A stretch of 64,000 bases of DNA from a virus (lineage: Duplodnaviria > Caudoviricetes). A model generated the notes under the pieces. That model had not been told where the DNA came from. It was given only the letters and a program-made list of their open reading frames with translations, and did not search any database. The stretch is taken from the IMG/VR virus record IMGVR_UViG_3300021426_000066; one strand, 5' to 3'. Positions within the stretch are counted from its first letter, which is position 1. Every line of letters starts with the position of its first letter. The translations under genes were made by a program, and so were the position numbers. Positions 32,694 to 44,300 of the stretch are shown here, piece after piece.

Positions 32694-33917
32694 TCATGAA
32701 AGTTCAATGGGACAAATAGCCTTTATCTTATTATCATCACAAATCACAACAGTCTGTGATGCTTTCCCTCTAAGGCGTTTACGTTCCGTAAATTCATCGC
32801 CATCAAACAGCGATCCGCTCTGTATAACCTTTACTCCGCTAACATCATTCATTGCAGGATGATGCATATGCCCCATTAAAATTGCATATGGGAAGTATCC
32901 AAGATATGCACATAATTTCTGTATACTTGTATCAGAAATACCATCCCAATCCCCATGGACAATCAGATAATTCTTATTCCCAATAGAAAATTCAGTATAA
33001 GTGTTTTGAGCTTCGTCTCTTCCTATATAATATTTCTCTTGATGAGCAAATATATGGCTTAAGAACCACGGCACGAGATTATCTAACTTTTCACCCAATA
33101 GCGAATCATCTGCATTCTTTTCTATTCTACTATGATTCCCTGGTACGCTATAAAATTCAATCTGCTCAAAGATGCCACCAAGTTTATATAAGAAATCAGC
33201 TATTAATTCACAGGCTGTCATTGTCTGATCTACCGCATTTTCCCTATTAACGATTTGAATGGTCAAATGAATAATGCCTGATACTAAATCACCTAAAGCC
33301 ACACATACACACTTTTTTGCACTGTATATTTCGGCAAGGCTTTTAATTTCTTTAATATATTTACTCAGCCGTTCCTTGGCTATCTCAATATTATAAGTAA
33401 GTGTTTCCAATCCAAGATGTAAATCAGATAAACAAACAATCATTGTATTCTGATTCTCTGAGGAAGAAGAGTAAAGATAGCTTACAGAATTCATTGAAAA
33501 TGGATATCTCTCCTTACCAATCTGCTCAATCCGTTCTTCAATAATTCTGATATTCTCTTCATGTCTTGCTTCGTCACGAAGAAGCTTGTTTAACTCATTC
33601 CTTTCATCTTGTAGCTTTCTTTTAGCTTTGTATATTTCTTGCTCTTTGGCAACTAATTCTTTAGCTGCCTCATCAGAAGATTTGCCTATAACCTTATTCT
33701 TATAAAATTCTCTAACAAAGTTCCCGCCCAGTATATTGCGGCCCATAGACTCTGATATACGTCTGCGGTCATAAGGAAGATTATATTTCTCAATGATTTC
33801 ACCCCAATCTATATCAGAGACTCCGTTTATTTTATCTCCGCAATCCTGTAAAAATTCTTCATACTTCTCAGGGGTTAAACCCACTAATTTTAACTCGTTT
33901 TCTACATTCAAAACCAT
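32694..33917 (-). CDS. Calcineurin-like metallophosphoesterase
   Basis: SDLHLG, LGDLV, PGNH, VHGD, GHMH motifs. Confidence 0.85.
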   Translation of the reverse strand: MVLNVENELKLVGLTPEKYEEFLQDCGDKINGVSDIDWGEIIEKYNLPYDRRRISESMGRNILGGNFVREFYKNKVIGKSSDEAAKELVAKEQEIYKAKRKLQDERNELNKLLRDEARHEENIRIIEERIEQIGKERYPFSMNSVSYLYSSSSENQNTMIVCLSDLHLGLETLTYNIEIAKERLSKYIKEIKSLAEIYSAKKCVCVALGDLVSGIIHLTIQIVNRENAVDQTMTACELIADFLYKLGGIFEQIEFYSVPGNHSRIEKNADDSLLGEKLDNLVPWFLSHIFAHQEKYYIGRDEAQNTYTEFSIGNKNYLIVHGDWDGISDTSIQKLCAYLGYFPYAILMGHMHHPAMNDVSGVKVIQSGSLFDGDEFTERKRLRGKASQTVVICDDNKIKAICPIELS

Positions 33918-33941
33918 AAGCTCCCCCTTTGATTATATGAA

Positions 33942-34145
33942 TCAATCAAAGTCGCTACTCTCCAGTTCAAGAACTTCTTCAGTTTTCGTAGAACATGTCA
34001 GGGTAAAAGGCTCCTCACCATAAATCTCTGCTAAATTACCAACGAGATTAATTTCTTCGCCTGTTTCAAAATCAACGACTTTATTTTCTTTAATCATAAT
34101 ATCTTTATACTTAACATCCGTCTTTACAGTTCTCTTTGCATCCAT
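33942..34145 (-). CDS. Small protein, YonK-like by size and position
   Basis: 67 aa after RBS AAGGAG, upstream of the phosphoesterase as in SPbeta. Confidence 0.5.
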   Translation of the reverse strand: MDAKRTVKTDVKYKDIMIKENKVVDFETGEEINLVGNLAEIYGEEPFTLTCSTKTEEVLELESSDFD

Positions 34146-34165
34146 ATTATTTCTCCTTTTATTCA

Positions 34166-34789
34166 TTACAGTATATAATTGATACTAATATCTTTACCAA
34201 TAATCTTATGCACAACACCATTCTCTTTAGCTTCCTGTGCAAACATATAGTATTCATTCTTTTCTTTTTCAGCAATAAATTCAGGAGTCATAGTTGTATG
34301 ATCCAGAATATGCTGTTTTAATCTTTCATCCATATCGTTAAAGAACTCCATAATATCTTTAACCTTACTGGTCGTATTAGAAATGGCAACATCCCCCTCA
34401 TGCTGACAGAAAATAGAATTTGTAAACGCCACTCTGTCAGGACACGACAGATAGATATGATATGCCATAGACCCAACTAATGAGAACGCCACGCCAATAA
34501 TAGGAGTCTTTGAAGCAGCAATAACGTCCATTAACATTGCACCAGAGAAGAGATCTCCACCTGGACTATTAAAATAGATTTTAATAGGCTTTCGTTTCTT
34601 TACAGGAATGCCAGCTTTATTATCTTCTGCATTCCATTTAAGAATGTATAATACATGATTCTCAAGCAAATCCTCATCTACTTCTGTATTAAACACAAGA
34701 ATTCGTTTATCACTAAATTCATCTATTATTCCTTGAGTAGGATTTCCCATTCCTTTTTCTTCCATAGGGCTGAATACAATATCTGCCAT
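34166..34789 (-). CDS. clpP: ClpP-like protease subunit
   Basis: IYFNSPGG, GSMA (Ser), QHE (His), YMFAQEAKENGVVHKI. Confidence 0.85.
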   Translation of the reverse strand: MADIVFSPMEEKGMGNPTQGIIDEFSDKRILVFNTEVDEDLLENHVLYILKWNAEDNKAGIPVKKRKPIKIYFNSPGGDLFSGAMLMDVIAASKTPIIGVAFSLVGSMAYHIYLSCPDRVAFTNSIFCQHEGDVAISNTTSKVKDIMEFFNDMDERLKQHILDHTTMTPEFIAEKEKNEYYMFAQEAKENGVVHKIIGKDISINYIL

Positions 34790-34803
34790 ATTCCGTTTTC
34801 TCC

Positions 34804-35604
34804 TTATATATTTAAATTAGCAAATAATCTGCTTGTTTCACTGCGAACATCATCACCTAAAAAGACACATCCAAACATTGGATTACCTTTAAACTGCTCA
34901 CACATTCGCACTAATGGGTTTGATTCACTGTTTTCTAATAGCGACTGTTTGTAGTCGCCCGCAAAAAAGATCTTACTATTTTCACCAACTCTGGTTCCAA
35001 TAAGCCTAATCTGTTTTGCAGTTAGATCTTCAGCTTCATCAACTATCATAATAGTATCTTTATAAGTCATTCCCTTCATATAATAAGGTATCATTTCCTC
35101 AATCTCTCCACGCATCTCCAAACTCTTTAATTCAAACTCGCCACCATCAAGCTGTTGAGCAAGAGGAGCGAAGAAAAATCCTGTTTTGTTAGCAAGCTCC
35201 CCTGGCAGAAAACCCACTTCTTTCCCTTCGCCTCTTGGTTCTCTCACACCAAGCATCTTTGCATGTGTACCCTTTTCGCTTACATGATACTGGCCCATTC
35301 TCATAGACAGAAATGTTTTGCCAGAACCGGGGCCGCCAAGAAGCGCGACTACAGTAATTGTGGGGTTAAGCATTAAATCTAATGCACACCTTTGTAAAGC
35401 ATTTTTTGCTTTTACATATTTTGAAGATGGAAGACGTAAAGGTACGAATTTTTCTCCGTCAAAACGCATTTCTTTAACGGAATCATCATCTGCGTTATTG
35501 ATAACGAGATATTCGTTCACGTTCCAATCCTTGGGATCAAACCCGTACAGATAATCATTTATAAAGTTACTATCACCAGTTATTTCTTTATAACCTTGAT
35601 ACAT
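34804..35604 (-). CDS. phoH: PhoH-family ATPase
   Basis: GGPGSGKT, GFLPG, IVDEAEDLT, GDYKQS, RSETS. Confidence 0.9.
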   Translation of the reverse strand: MYQGYKEITGDSNFINDYLYGFDPKDWNVNEYLVINNADDDSVKEMRFDGEKFVPLRLPSSKYVKAKNALQRCALDLMLNPTITVVALLGGPGSGKTFLSMRMGQYHVSEKGTHAKMLGVREPRGEGKEVGFLPGELANKTGFFFAPLAQQLDGGEFELKSLEMRGEIEEMIPYYMKGMTYKDTIMIVDEAEDLTAKQIRLIGTRVGENSKIFFAGDYKQSLLENSESNPLVRMCEQFKGNPMFGCVFLGDDVRSETSRLFANLNI

Positions 35605-35622
35605 AAGCTACACCACTTTTCG

Positions 35623-35856
35623 TTATTTTCTTTTTCTTTCTCTGGGGTCATTCCTATAATAAGTATAGACAACCTTATTTTTCCGATAATTCTGCAATGT
35701 CCTCATTGCTTTTTTATCTTCGGTCATATAATACCGTTTGGCTTTCCCTTTGTGCGTGGCACTAGAAATATGTATCAAATAACCCATACGCTGTTTTCTG
35801 AGGTATTCTGCCTCATCTTTAGTAATCTTTATCAATACCATTACCTTTTCTTTCAT
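35623..35856 (-). CDS. Small basic hypothetical protein
   Basis: IKITKDEAEYLR...KRYYMTE. Confidence 0.6.
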   Translation of the reverse strand: MKEKVMVLIKITKDEAEYLRKQRMGYLIHISSATHKGKAKRYYMTEDKKAMRTLQNYRKNKVVYTYYRNDPRERKRK

Positions 35857-35879
35857 AATATTTCTCCCGTAGGAGATAG

Positions 35880-35953
35880 CGGCTTTTCCTGGACTTGAAC
35901 CAGGGACATACTGGTTAACAGCCAGTCGTTCTGCCAGACTGAACTAAAAAGCC
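35880..35953 (-). tRNA. tRNA-Asn(GTT), no encoded CCA
   Basis: Acceptor GGCTTTT/AAAAGCC, D arm GTTC/GAAC, anticodon arm ACTGG-CTGTTAA-CCAGT, T arm CCTGG-TTCAAGT-CCAGG. Confidence 0.93.
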
Positions 35954-36021
35954 GTATATAAATTGCCCCTCCCCCGAAAGGATTAAGGTAAGAGAGGGGC
36001 CATGGTTCAATACTCTAAACT

Positions 36022-36294
36022 TTACGCAATTGACTCTTTAAAAACTTTTCCAAATTTCATCTTTGGCATATACTTTGCAGCTACAGCAACAGCTTCACCA
36101 GTCCGAGGATTTCTAGACTGTCTTGCTTCTTTAAACACTCTCTGGAAAGTAACTCCATCAAACATCTTAACTTCATCATCTGCCTTGAGAGTGTCAATAA
36201 GAACGTCCTGAGCAGTTTCAAAAACTGTCTTAGTGTCCTTCTGAGTCATTCCAGTCCTATCAGCTACTGCCTTGTAAAATTCTGTCTTATTCAT
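36022..36294 (-). CDS. hup: HU DNA-binding protein
   Basis: MNKTEF...ARQSRNPRTGE...PKMKFGKVFKE. Confidence 0.92.
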   Translation of the reverse strand: MNKTEFYKAVADRTGMTQKDTKTVFETAQDVLIDTLKADDEVKMFDGVTFQRVFKEARQSRNPRTGEAVAVAAKYMPKMKFGKVFKESIA

Positions 36295-36464
36295 ATCTTT
36301 GATTCTCCTTTTTATTTCTTAGATTGATTTAACCGTCAATCTTGCGGTTTTTATTGACAAAATTAATTGTGTAAATATCTATCACTTAGTCGGAATTCTT
36401 TGACCTTGTTTTTTCTAATGATTCATTAAAGAAATTTTAAATACTAATTTTTCATACTGTCTAA

Positions 36465-37345
36465 TTATCCTTTAAAACAAGCCAAAAAAGCATCTGGATT
36501 AACTGTATATAAGGTCTTTAATAATATTGCTCGATTGTTCCTCGTAGTAGCACTCAAACGAGATTTTCTTCTTTTAAGATCATCTGTAATAATAAATGCC
36601 CTATCTATCAAACGAGAAATCAGTCCTAAATAATTTCGTGATAAATAAATACTACGGATATCTTCGATCATTTTTTCAAAATCATCATTTAATAACTCAA
36701 ATAGATTCTCATCTGTATTATCTAATTCGCCCGCTAATAACAGCTTTAAGGAATATTTTTCAATCATTTTTTCGACTCGTCTTGATACTTTATGAGAATC
36801 AGTATTTTTATGTTTTATAAAGAAATGTTGGATAGGAAGAGTACTTGTTTCAGGATTGTAGGAGTCTGGTTTAAGCCTATAGATATAATTCATAGGACAT
36901 TTTAATTTCTTATTGATTTTCTTTTTATCAAAACCTTTTCTGATTACGCCCCAAAAAGCAGGATAACCTCTGGTATCAATATCCATTGACCGCTTAATTA
37001 AAGCTATTTCTTCCGTAATATCTATATCAAACTTTCTCTTTGCATTATCGATGGCACACTGAGCCAGAACTGATAAAATACATACATTATCATACAACAG
37101 TTGATCATCATAATTATAGGTATACGATAATGCTATCTGCGCTAAGTTGCTGGATTCTCCAATTGCTCTCTGTGATGCCGCGAGGTTCGCATCTATTCTA
37201 TAGTAGTCAAAAGGAGTATTATTATAATGATTTTTATCTTTTGGAATATTATTAACAATAGTAGGATAATCTTTATAATACCGTCTGGCACTATCTACTA
37301 CAGATGATTGATTAGTAACGTATAAAGAATCTGAATCCTGATCTG
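36465..37345 (-). CDS. yonO: YonO-like single-subunit RNA polymerase, exon 2 (spliced product 861 aa)
   Basis: Frame open from 37345: (S)DQDSDSLYVTNQ...IGESSNLAQ...QCAIDNAKR; adjacent to HU as in SPbeta. Confidence 0.85.
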
Positions 37346-38456
37346 CTTAAATGTTTCGTCCCAAGCTCTTTATCTTGGGCTGCTCTGAGTTTTCCCAGAG
37401 TATCGGACTATATCTTCACCTACGGCTTTACGTTTAGGTGTTCGGCGCTCGTGGATGAATTATTGCTATACCTGCTCATCATCTAGTCTCTAAACTTTCC
37501 CATTTATTATTCGGTATTAAATGGGCTTAGTAATTGATTGGCATATGTGTGTAATAAATAATTAATCAAATAGTTGAAAATAAAAACCATGATACAGTTT
37601 ATTCTCTCTGGCAGCTCTTGAAACGCAACTAATCATACTAGCCGTTTTTGTAGAAAGACCTAATTGAGTCTTAATCCATAAACAGGCATCAGTGATCGTA
37701 TTAGAAGAGAATAATAACTGCCAGTCTTTATTAAATATGCTTACTTTTTTTGCATTGGGATTGGCACCTCCAACTTGATTATGTAAACGATTTTTTGTTT
37801 TATCAAGCCAGTCTTGATATTTCTCGTCTGACATCCGCTCTTTTGGAGATACACCAAACATCGGATTCTTTTCACCAGATGATGCGATGCTATATTTTTC
37901 TTTTAATGCCTCGACTTCTTCAGGAGTTTTCATATCCCAATAATTAATACCATATGCAGGATTATTCTCACCCATCATTCTTGCAGAATGTTGGCGACAC
38001 CATTCTTTACTATGGACCAGACCAACACTACCATCACCACCAAATGTATGATTGGTTAAATGCCCCGGTTCTTCAGTATTATTGTTGTATCCAATAATGT
38101 CAATTCCATATCCTTTATTAAATACATAATCCATAATGGTTTTATATTCTAATTCATAAGCTTCCTCTTCAGTTAAATTATCATAAAGAATATTAACATG
38201 CATACCTGCTTTATCAACAACTCGATTATGATGTTCATTCCGCTTGGTAGAATTGGCTCTCTTTTTCCGTCCTTTTCCTACATAAAAGCAAGTATTATTA
38301 TCATTTCTAATGTGTTCATATACGCAGTACCCCCGATCCTCCAGTTGTCCTACACCTCCCTTCTAAATTAATTTAACTATTATTACACACACTTAGCTTT
38401 CCAATTTTCACCGAATGTTTTTTACATACATTTCTGTATGCTGGCCCAGTATGTTA
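37346..38456 (-). mobile_element. Group I intron (1111 nt) with homing endonuclease in RNA polymerase gene
   Basis: Exon GGCU pairs with GGCC (U.G); terminal G 37346; core AGAGACUAG and GAAGAUAUAGUCC; P3 UUCGGUG/CGCCGAA; stem UGUGUGUAAUAA/UUAUUACACACA encloses the ORF. Confidence 0.93.
37562..38344 (-). CDS. Intron-encoded GIY-YIG homing endonuclease with NUMOD3-like repeats
   Basis: YCVY...FYVGKG...R lies in frame upstream of ATG 38203; start inferred at CTG 38344; GENNPAYG, GEKNPMFG, GGANPNAK repeats. Confidence 0.82.
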   Translation of the reverse strand: MEDRGYCVYEHIRNDNNTCFYVGKGRKKRANSTKRNEHHNRVVDKAGMHVNILYDNLTEEEAYELEYKTIMDYVFNKGYGIDIIGYNNNTEEPGHLTNHTFGGDGSVGLVHSKEWCRQHSARMMGENNPAYGINYWDMKTPEEVEALKEKYSIASSGEKNPMFGVSPKERMSDEKYQDWLDKTKNRLHNQVGGANPNAKKVSIFNKDWQLLFSSNTITDACLWIKTQLGLSTKTASMISCVSRAARENKLYHGFYFQLFD

Positions 38457-40161
38457 AGCCGTTATTTCTATCTTGTGCATCCGTACCAATCATATTTAAA
38501 GCAATAATTAATTTACCGAATGTAAAATACTTCTTGAACCGCTCATCATAATGATTGTGTAAATAATCCAAATTATTTCTACTGTTAAAAGGATTTCTAA
38601 ACCCCGCCAAATACTCCCCATCTTTAAAACGTTCTGTATAGCACTGAATTGTTCCATCCTCAACAAAAAACGTATCATCTTTGTATACATCATCCCCGAC
38701 ACTCGCTAGAAGCATGGCATAAGGGGAGCCAACAATCACTAAATTATCTGCTTCTTGAATCAGCTTGCCAGATTTTACTTGCTTTACATAAGCCCGAATA
38801 ATTGTTTCTTTTCTCTCTCTAAAATAATCACATCGAACAAATTCTGGATTATGCTCACACAAAGCTACAAGCACTTCATAATCATTGGCAAAGTTAGCAT
38901 TCCGTTTCAAATAATCCAAGAATGCATTATCATTGAGTTTCAATTGCATTATATAATCAATAGTCTCTTTGCAGATATCCTCCATTAAGTCTATGTCTAA
39001 TGCATTGACCATCTGATAACTCATCCTTTGGACATCACCAAGCTTACTCTTGTGAGCGGTCTTGACTATTCCAAACTGACAATCATTCTTACGGATCCAT
39101 TCAGACCAATAGTCAAAGCCAACACCGAACTTCATCCATTTCATGGCATTCTCTGTTGTGATTAACTTTACATCTTTGGCTAGAATCTTATTACCCCACA
39201 TATCCTCAACTTCAGCGGTTTCGTATTGATCACCAAAGAAATCTTGAAAGAAGAGTTGGATGTTAGTCCTAAAAGCTGCCATCTTACAGAAGTGGTGTCT
39301 TAACAGGATATAACCTTCACCCCAATCTGGGAATATGCTTTCATCAATCAATGCCTGTCCATCGAATAGAGTATTCTTTACTTGGTAATTATCCTTTGGG
39401 ATAGCCACACAATGTTTGTTTTCATCAAGTTCTACACTAATAACTTTTGTATTAAAATAGGCATCAATGTCCTTTATGACCAAAATTTGAGATGGATGAA
39501 TCTGAACCTTACCAACAATAGTACTGGTTGAGAGAGAAGAGTACGCACCAATTTCAACTATAGGGGCATTTTCATCTGGCAATTCCAATCCCATTCTTAA
39601 AAAATTCAGCGCCTTATCATATAACTCTGCTCGAATAAACATACATGTACCTTTTTTAGCTTTGCCAGGGGTACGATATAACATTTTGTAATGAATTGTG
39701 TCTGTCTTGGTTACTTCACCTTTTTTGTTGTAAGTTTTATATTGTATGTTAACACCATTAGTGTAATATTCTTCTCTAAGCTGTTGTCTTGTTTTCTTTT
39801 TAAATTTACTTTGATTACTTTCTGCTCGTTTACGAAGTTGCTCCATTATTTCTAAATATCTTTCTAATTCTTTATCTGATACTTTCTTTTTCTCATGTTC
39901 ACTTTGCTTCTTTTTTATTCTCTGGTTAATAGAACGTAATTCCTCTTTATAAGAGCCAACACCGTATGTAAATTCAAGACAGATAATGTCTCTTGTGCTT
40001 TCATCTTTCCAAGTCTCTAATCCATTCTCTTTTAAGAAGTCAAGGAATAAGCTGTTCGTCAGCATTGCATCCGTTGAATCATACTTATCCCTGACCCCTA
40101 ATTCATAGCCAAAAATAGACCCCGCTTGAAAATTCTTTATCTTGTAACCAAATTGGCCCAA
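38457..40161 (-). CDS. yonO: YonO-like single-subunit RNA polymerase, exon 1
   Basis: YRTPGKAKKG, FDGQALID, LRHHFCK, MSYQMVN, FRNPF, QDRNNG motifs of cellular RdRP-like/YonO polymerases. Confidence 0.85.
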
Positions 40162-40180
40162 TAAACATCACCAACTTTCT

Positions 40181-40630
40181 TTACCACCATAAATCTCTAA
40201 AATATTCTGCGAACAAACGCAACCCCTCTTGTATTCGATTATTATAGGCTTGTGTATCATCCCAGAATTTCTTCTTAACCCGTTCATCGATTTCGTAGTT
40301 CCAGATACCATCTTTCATATCAACTCTTTGAACAGCTTCATCTGGCAACTGTGGCTCCTCGCTATTAGTAACAATCTGCTCAAAACTCCAGATCATCTTA
40401 TCCAGAATGTTATTCCACAGTGTTACATATTTGTCATCCTCAGAGTCAGATATTGAACTTAAATCAATATTATCATCTACGACAAGTCTGCCTGGATAAC
40501 CTTTTGTAGTTTTCTTAAATTTAACCAACCTTGGTAGCACAAACTGTGCAATAGTCAGATCCAAATCCCATAATTCATCATCTTTAAATTTAGTATATAT
40601 TCCTCTTTTCTTCCTAAGTCTTTTATCCAT
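40181..40630 (-). CDS. Phage hypothetical protein
   Basis: WDLD..IA..VLPRL...ILDKMIWSF...GLRLFAEYFRDLW. Confidence 0.7.
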   Translation of the reverse strand: MDKRLRKKRGIYTKFKDDELWDLDLTIAQFVLPRLVKFKKTTKGYPGRLVVDDNIDLSSISDSEDDKYVTLWNNILDKMIWSFEQIVTNSEEPQLPDEAVQRVDMKDGIWNYEIDERVKKKFWDDTQAYNNRIQEGLRLFAEYFRDLWW

Positions 40631-41357
40631 GTTTGTCTCTCTTTCTGTTTTTATAACGAATCTTAGCTACCAAATCACTGATATCATATACAATGTCTTC
40701 TGCGTCATCTTTATCTTTTGGCCATTGACGAATAGTGTAACTCTCAGGAATCTTCATATCAGCTTCTTCGACCGCTGCTTCAACAAGCCTGTCCTCGTAA
40801 CTTACTATGTTCATTTTAGAAATACGCCATTCAGTCTGCTCATAACACTTTTTGCACAGTGGAAGATACCAACCATAATCATTGATGACAGGGACATCTA
40901 ATTGTCCACAATTAACACATACATGCTGTGATATGACTTCAAAAGCATTAATAATGTGATCAATGGGTGGAGCATAATTATTAACATAGCACCTTAGTTC
41001 CCCAAATTTTTCTTTTATTTGCTCTATACGAAATATATCTACGAAATTGCATTCAACGAATGCTTTGTGCATCTCTTCACACCAAACATCTCCAAACGCT
41101 TTTCTCCAACCAGCAGCCATAGCATCTAATTCAGTATAGTCGTACTGCTTTCTTACCCAGCTTATTTCCCCTGTCCAAACATTATGAGGAACAAGCCAAG
41201 GATATTGTTTGCACAACCTCTTGTTCCTTATGCGTTCTCGCTTCAGCTTTTTACTACCTGCTTTCCCCGCTCTATTATAAGAACGCTTTCCATATCTCTT
41301 GGCTTGTTCCCTCTCATATACTCTATTGATTTCTCTCCAGCGTTTTTTATTCTTCAT
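40623..41357 (-). CDS. Phage hypothetical protein with zinc ribbon
   Basis: QIKEKFGELRCY motif, CVNC...CKKC. Confidence 0.7.
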   Translation of the reverse strand: MKNKKRWREINRVYEREQAKRYGKRSYNRAGKAGSKKLKRERIRNKRLCKQYPWLVPHNVWTGEISWVRKQYDYTELDAMAAGWRKAFGDVWCEEMHKAFVECNFVDIFRIEQIKEKFGELRCYVNNYAPPIDHIINAFEVISQHVCVNCGQLDVPVINDYGWYLPLCKKCYEQTEWRISKMNIVSYEDRLVEAAVEEADMKIPESYTIRQWPKDKDDAEDIVYDISDLVAKIRYKNRKRDKHG

Positions 41358-44300
41358 CTAAATCTTCCTTTGTCATAACTTGAGTTTGAAGAACATAATC
41401 AATAACAGATGCAAGTTGCAGCCCTTCTTTGGCAATATCTGCATCTTCGGTACATTCATAAATAAAACCCAGACGTTCTTTCAGTGCTTCTACTTCCCGT
41501 TTAGTAAGATACATGTCTCCAACTTCGGGAACAATATAATGTGTTTTAAAAGTGAATGTATCCTCTGTATCACATAACCCCTTACCATGGTCACAGTCAT
41601 CTGCAAGTCTGCAATCATTACAAGCGATTTCCTCGTCAATGTTCTTCAGTCCATCTAAGTATTCATTAATTTGTTCTTTATTAATTATTTTCATATTTTA
41701 CCTCAATACCAGTCTGCGTTTAATTCATCATCATCTTCATCATAGAAATCAATAGTAATAATTTCAGCCTCTTTTGCGTTTAATGCTTCTTTGATCTCTT
41801 CTTCAAAGTTCTTATACCAATACTTATCTGGGGCAGTTTCCTCTTTTTGAACACCTTCCCATGTAACATCTATTCTTGCATTAATGACCATAATGCTTCC
41901 TCCTGCTATCTGTATCTCTTGGACCAAGAAACTCACTCAATAACACCAAAATGGCCCAAACACCTATAACCAGTTTCCATGAAAAAATCAATGAAAACGC
42001 CCAACATATTATCCACATAAGCCCCGCCACTAATAAAAAACTGGCGACTAATGCGAGTAAAATTATTCCTATTATAAGTAGTACCGACATTCTATACCTC
42101 ACTTAAATCTCACTTAAATCTCACATTATGTTTCCATTCATTAAATTCACCGTACCATTTCCTGCATTTAGCTTTAAGTGTAATAACTAAAGATTCTGCA
42201 TCAAGGCTCCCTACACATAGTCTGGCGAATCTTGGAGACAGCAGATCAGCCTCATAATGATCCAATAAATACTTATTGCCCCTTTGCCAAGCAGAAATGT
42301 ATTCTTCAACTTTGCCCATAAGAATCTCCGCAGCTAATGTTTTATAGCATTCATCAATTGCCATTTGTTCTTCGAGATTTAATTTGAGTTTTGGCTTATT
42401 CCTTGGCAACATATCCTGCACTCTCCATGAGTTTCATAAAATCATCTACAATATGTTCCCCCATTCTGCCAGTAATATGATTTGTATCAATATTATAATC
42501 TTCCAAAACACAAACTAAGCAGCCCCAGGGCGTAAGCACATAACGCTCGTCATCTTCATCAAACACATCTTCATAATATTCTTCATTCATATTAAATACT
42601 CCTTTGTTCTTTATATTTGGGAATGTTAGTATAAGCCAACACATAATATTTTTTATTATAGAAGATTGTGTCGGTTGATTTGGGTACTATCCAGTATTCA
42701 TATTTCCCATCCCAGCGCCCTATACCATACTTAATATCTGAATCATAAATTCTGTAAGCTATCAAATAATAGTCATCATCCTCTGGATAGTTGTCTTCAA
42801 ACCCCTTGCCAACTGGAATCCAAATATTTTCGTTTTCTTTTGTATCGTATCCATCCATCCAACCAGTTTCATAATCCTTATTAATCTTTGGATCGTGGTT
42901 CATTGCCTTTGCACACCATGAGACGGTCATATGATATTTACAATCTTCGCAGGTAATATCTGCGTCTTCACATGGCTTTTCTTCTTTTTCTTTCTTGCTT
43001 GTAGGCAGTCTTTTAAATAAATCAGCAAGAGCATCCTGCTGCGCTTCGTAGTCCATTGGAATGCCTTTTGCATCATAATTCATCACGGTATTTCCTCCTC
43101 TGATACAACTCTCAATCCTAACTCTTTTATTCTATCCTCATATTTAGGATCATATCCCTCACATATACCCTCATAAGTAGGAGAGTAGCATTTCTCCGCA
43201 AAGTACCCGCAGACTGGACAAGAAGCATGTAACTCAACCAAGCCCGCAGGTTCTTCATAATATGTTGTATATGATATTGCTGTGTCACATACAGGACACC
43301 TGCTTATATAATTCTGTCCCATTATACATACCTCAGATCAACCTGATCATTCTTTACTTTATATAACATTTTTATTTTATAGTCCAAATCATATTCAATT
43401 TCATTAATCTCTTTTTCAAGTCTTTTAATAACCCAATTTTTATTTGGTCTGGATTCCTTCCTTATATAAAATTTTGCACCTCTCCAGCCACCAGAATCAA
43501 CTGCGGCCCGCCACCGATCTTCTTCGTTATAACAACACCATTTATCAATGCTCCCCCTATAGTCTTCAACTTCCATAAAATCGAACATAAGAGAGAAGAG
43601 ATAAAAATTACTATCTGTTAATTCAACTTGAAATGTCTCTGTGGACCAATAGGTATCCCGCATAAACAGTTTCCCGCCATATTCAACAGGTTTGAAAGTC
43701 CAGTTCTTACACCAGTATGGATCTGATCTTTTATATTCTGGTAACCAATCAAGCTGCGGGTCGCAAGTATATAATCCTGTCATAATAATCTTATTTCTGT
43801 TTTCTTCAGAGAGCATTATTACCTCCTCGATATTGTGGGCATTTTGGGTAATTCACCAATACAACCCGTAAAATCAAATTTAACCATTGGTTGTCTATGT
43901 ATTGTATATATAATATTACCAGCATGATCTGTTGCATTATAATCATCATAAATAATTTCAATACTCTCTGGTGTACCAATAAATGGAATGACAACCATAG
44001 ATCCGTCCTCACTTTTAAATTTAAACATGATCTCTGTTGGTAACACATCTTTAATATTTCCATGAGAGAAAAGATTATATTCTAACTCATTGGCATATCT
44101 TACTTTAGTGTTGCAATACGAACAGTACCCATCAGAGGAGAGAGGAGCGCCACAGTTAGGACAGTTGGTTAAAAGAGTTTTTGTCTTCATTATCCGTATC
44201 TAACTCCTTTTTGCATTCTTCTATAATGATTGATTCCAATATGCGTAAAAAATATAAAAGTGTTACATTGTCAATGGGTTTTGACGGCGTATTAATATCT

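Noticed and set aside
35855-35880. Theta (HDV-like) ribozyme after tRNA-Asn or tRNA-Gly
   Set aside because: Only a short TCTCC-TACG-GGAGA hairpin follows tRNA-Asn and an RBS region follows tRNA-Gly; no nested pseudoknot.
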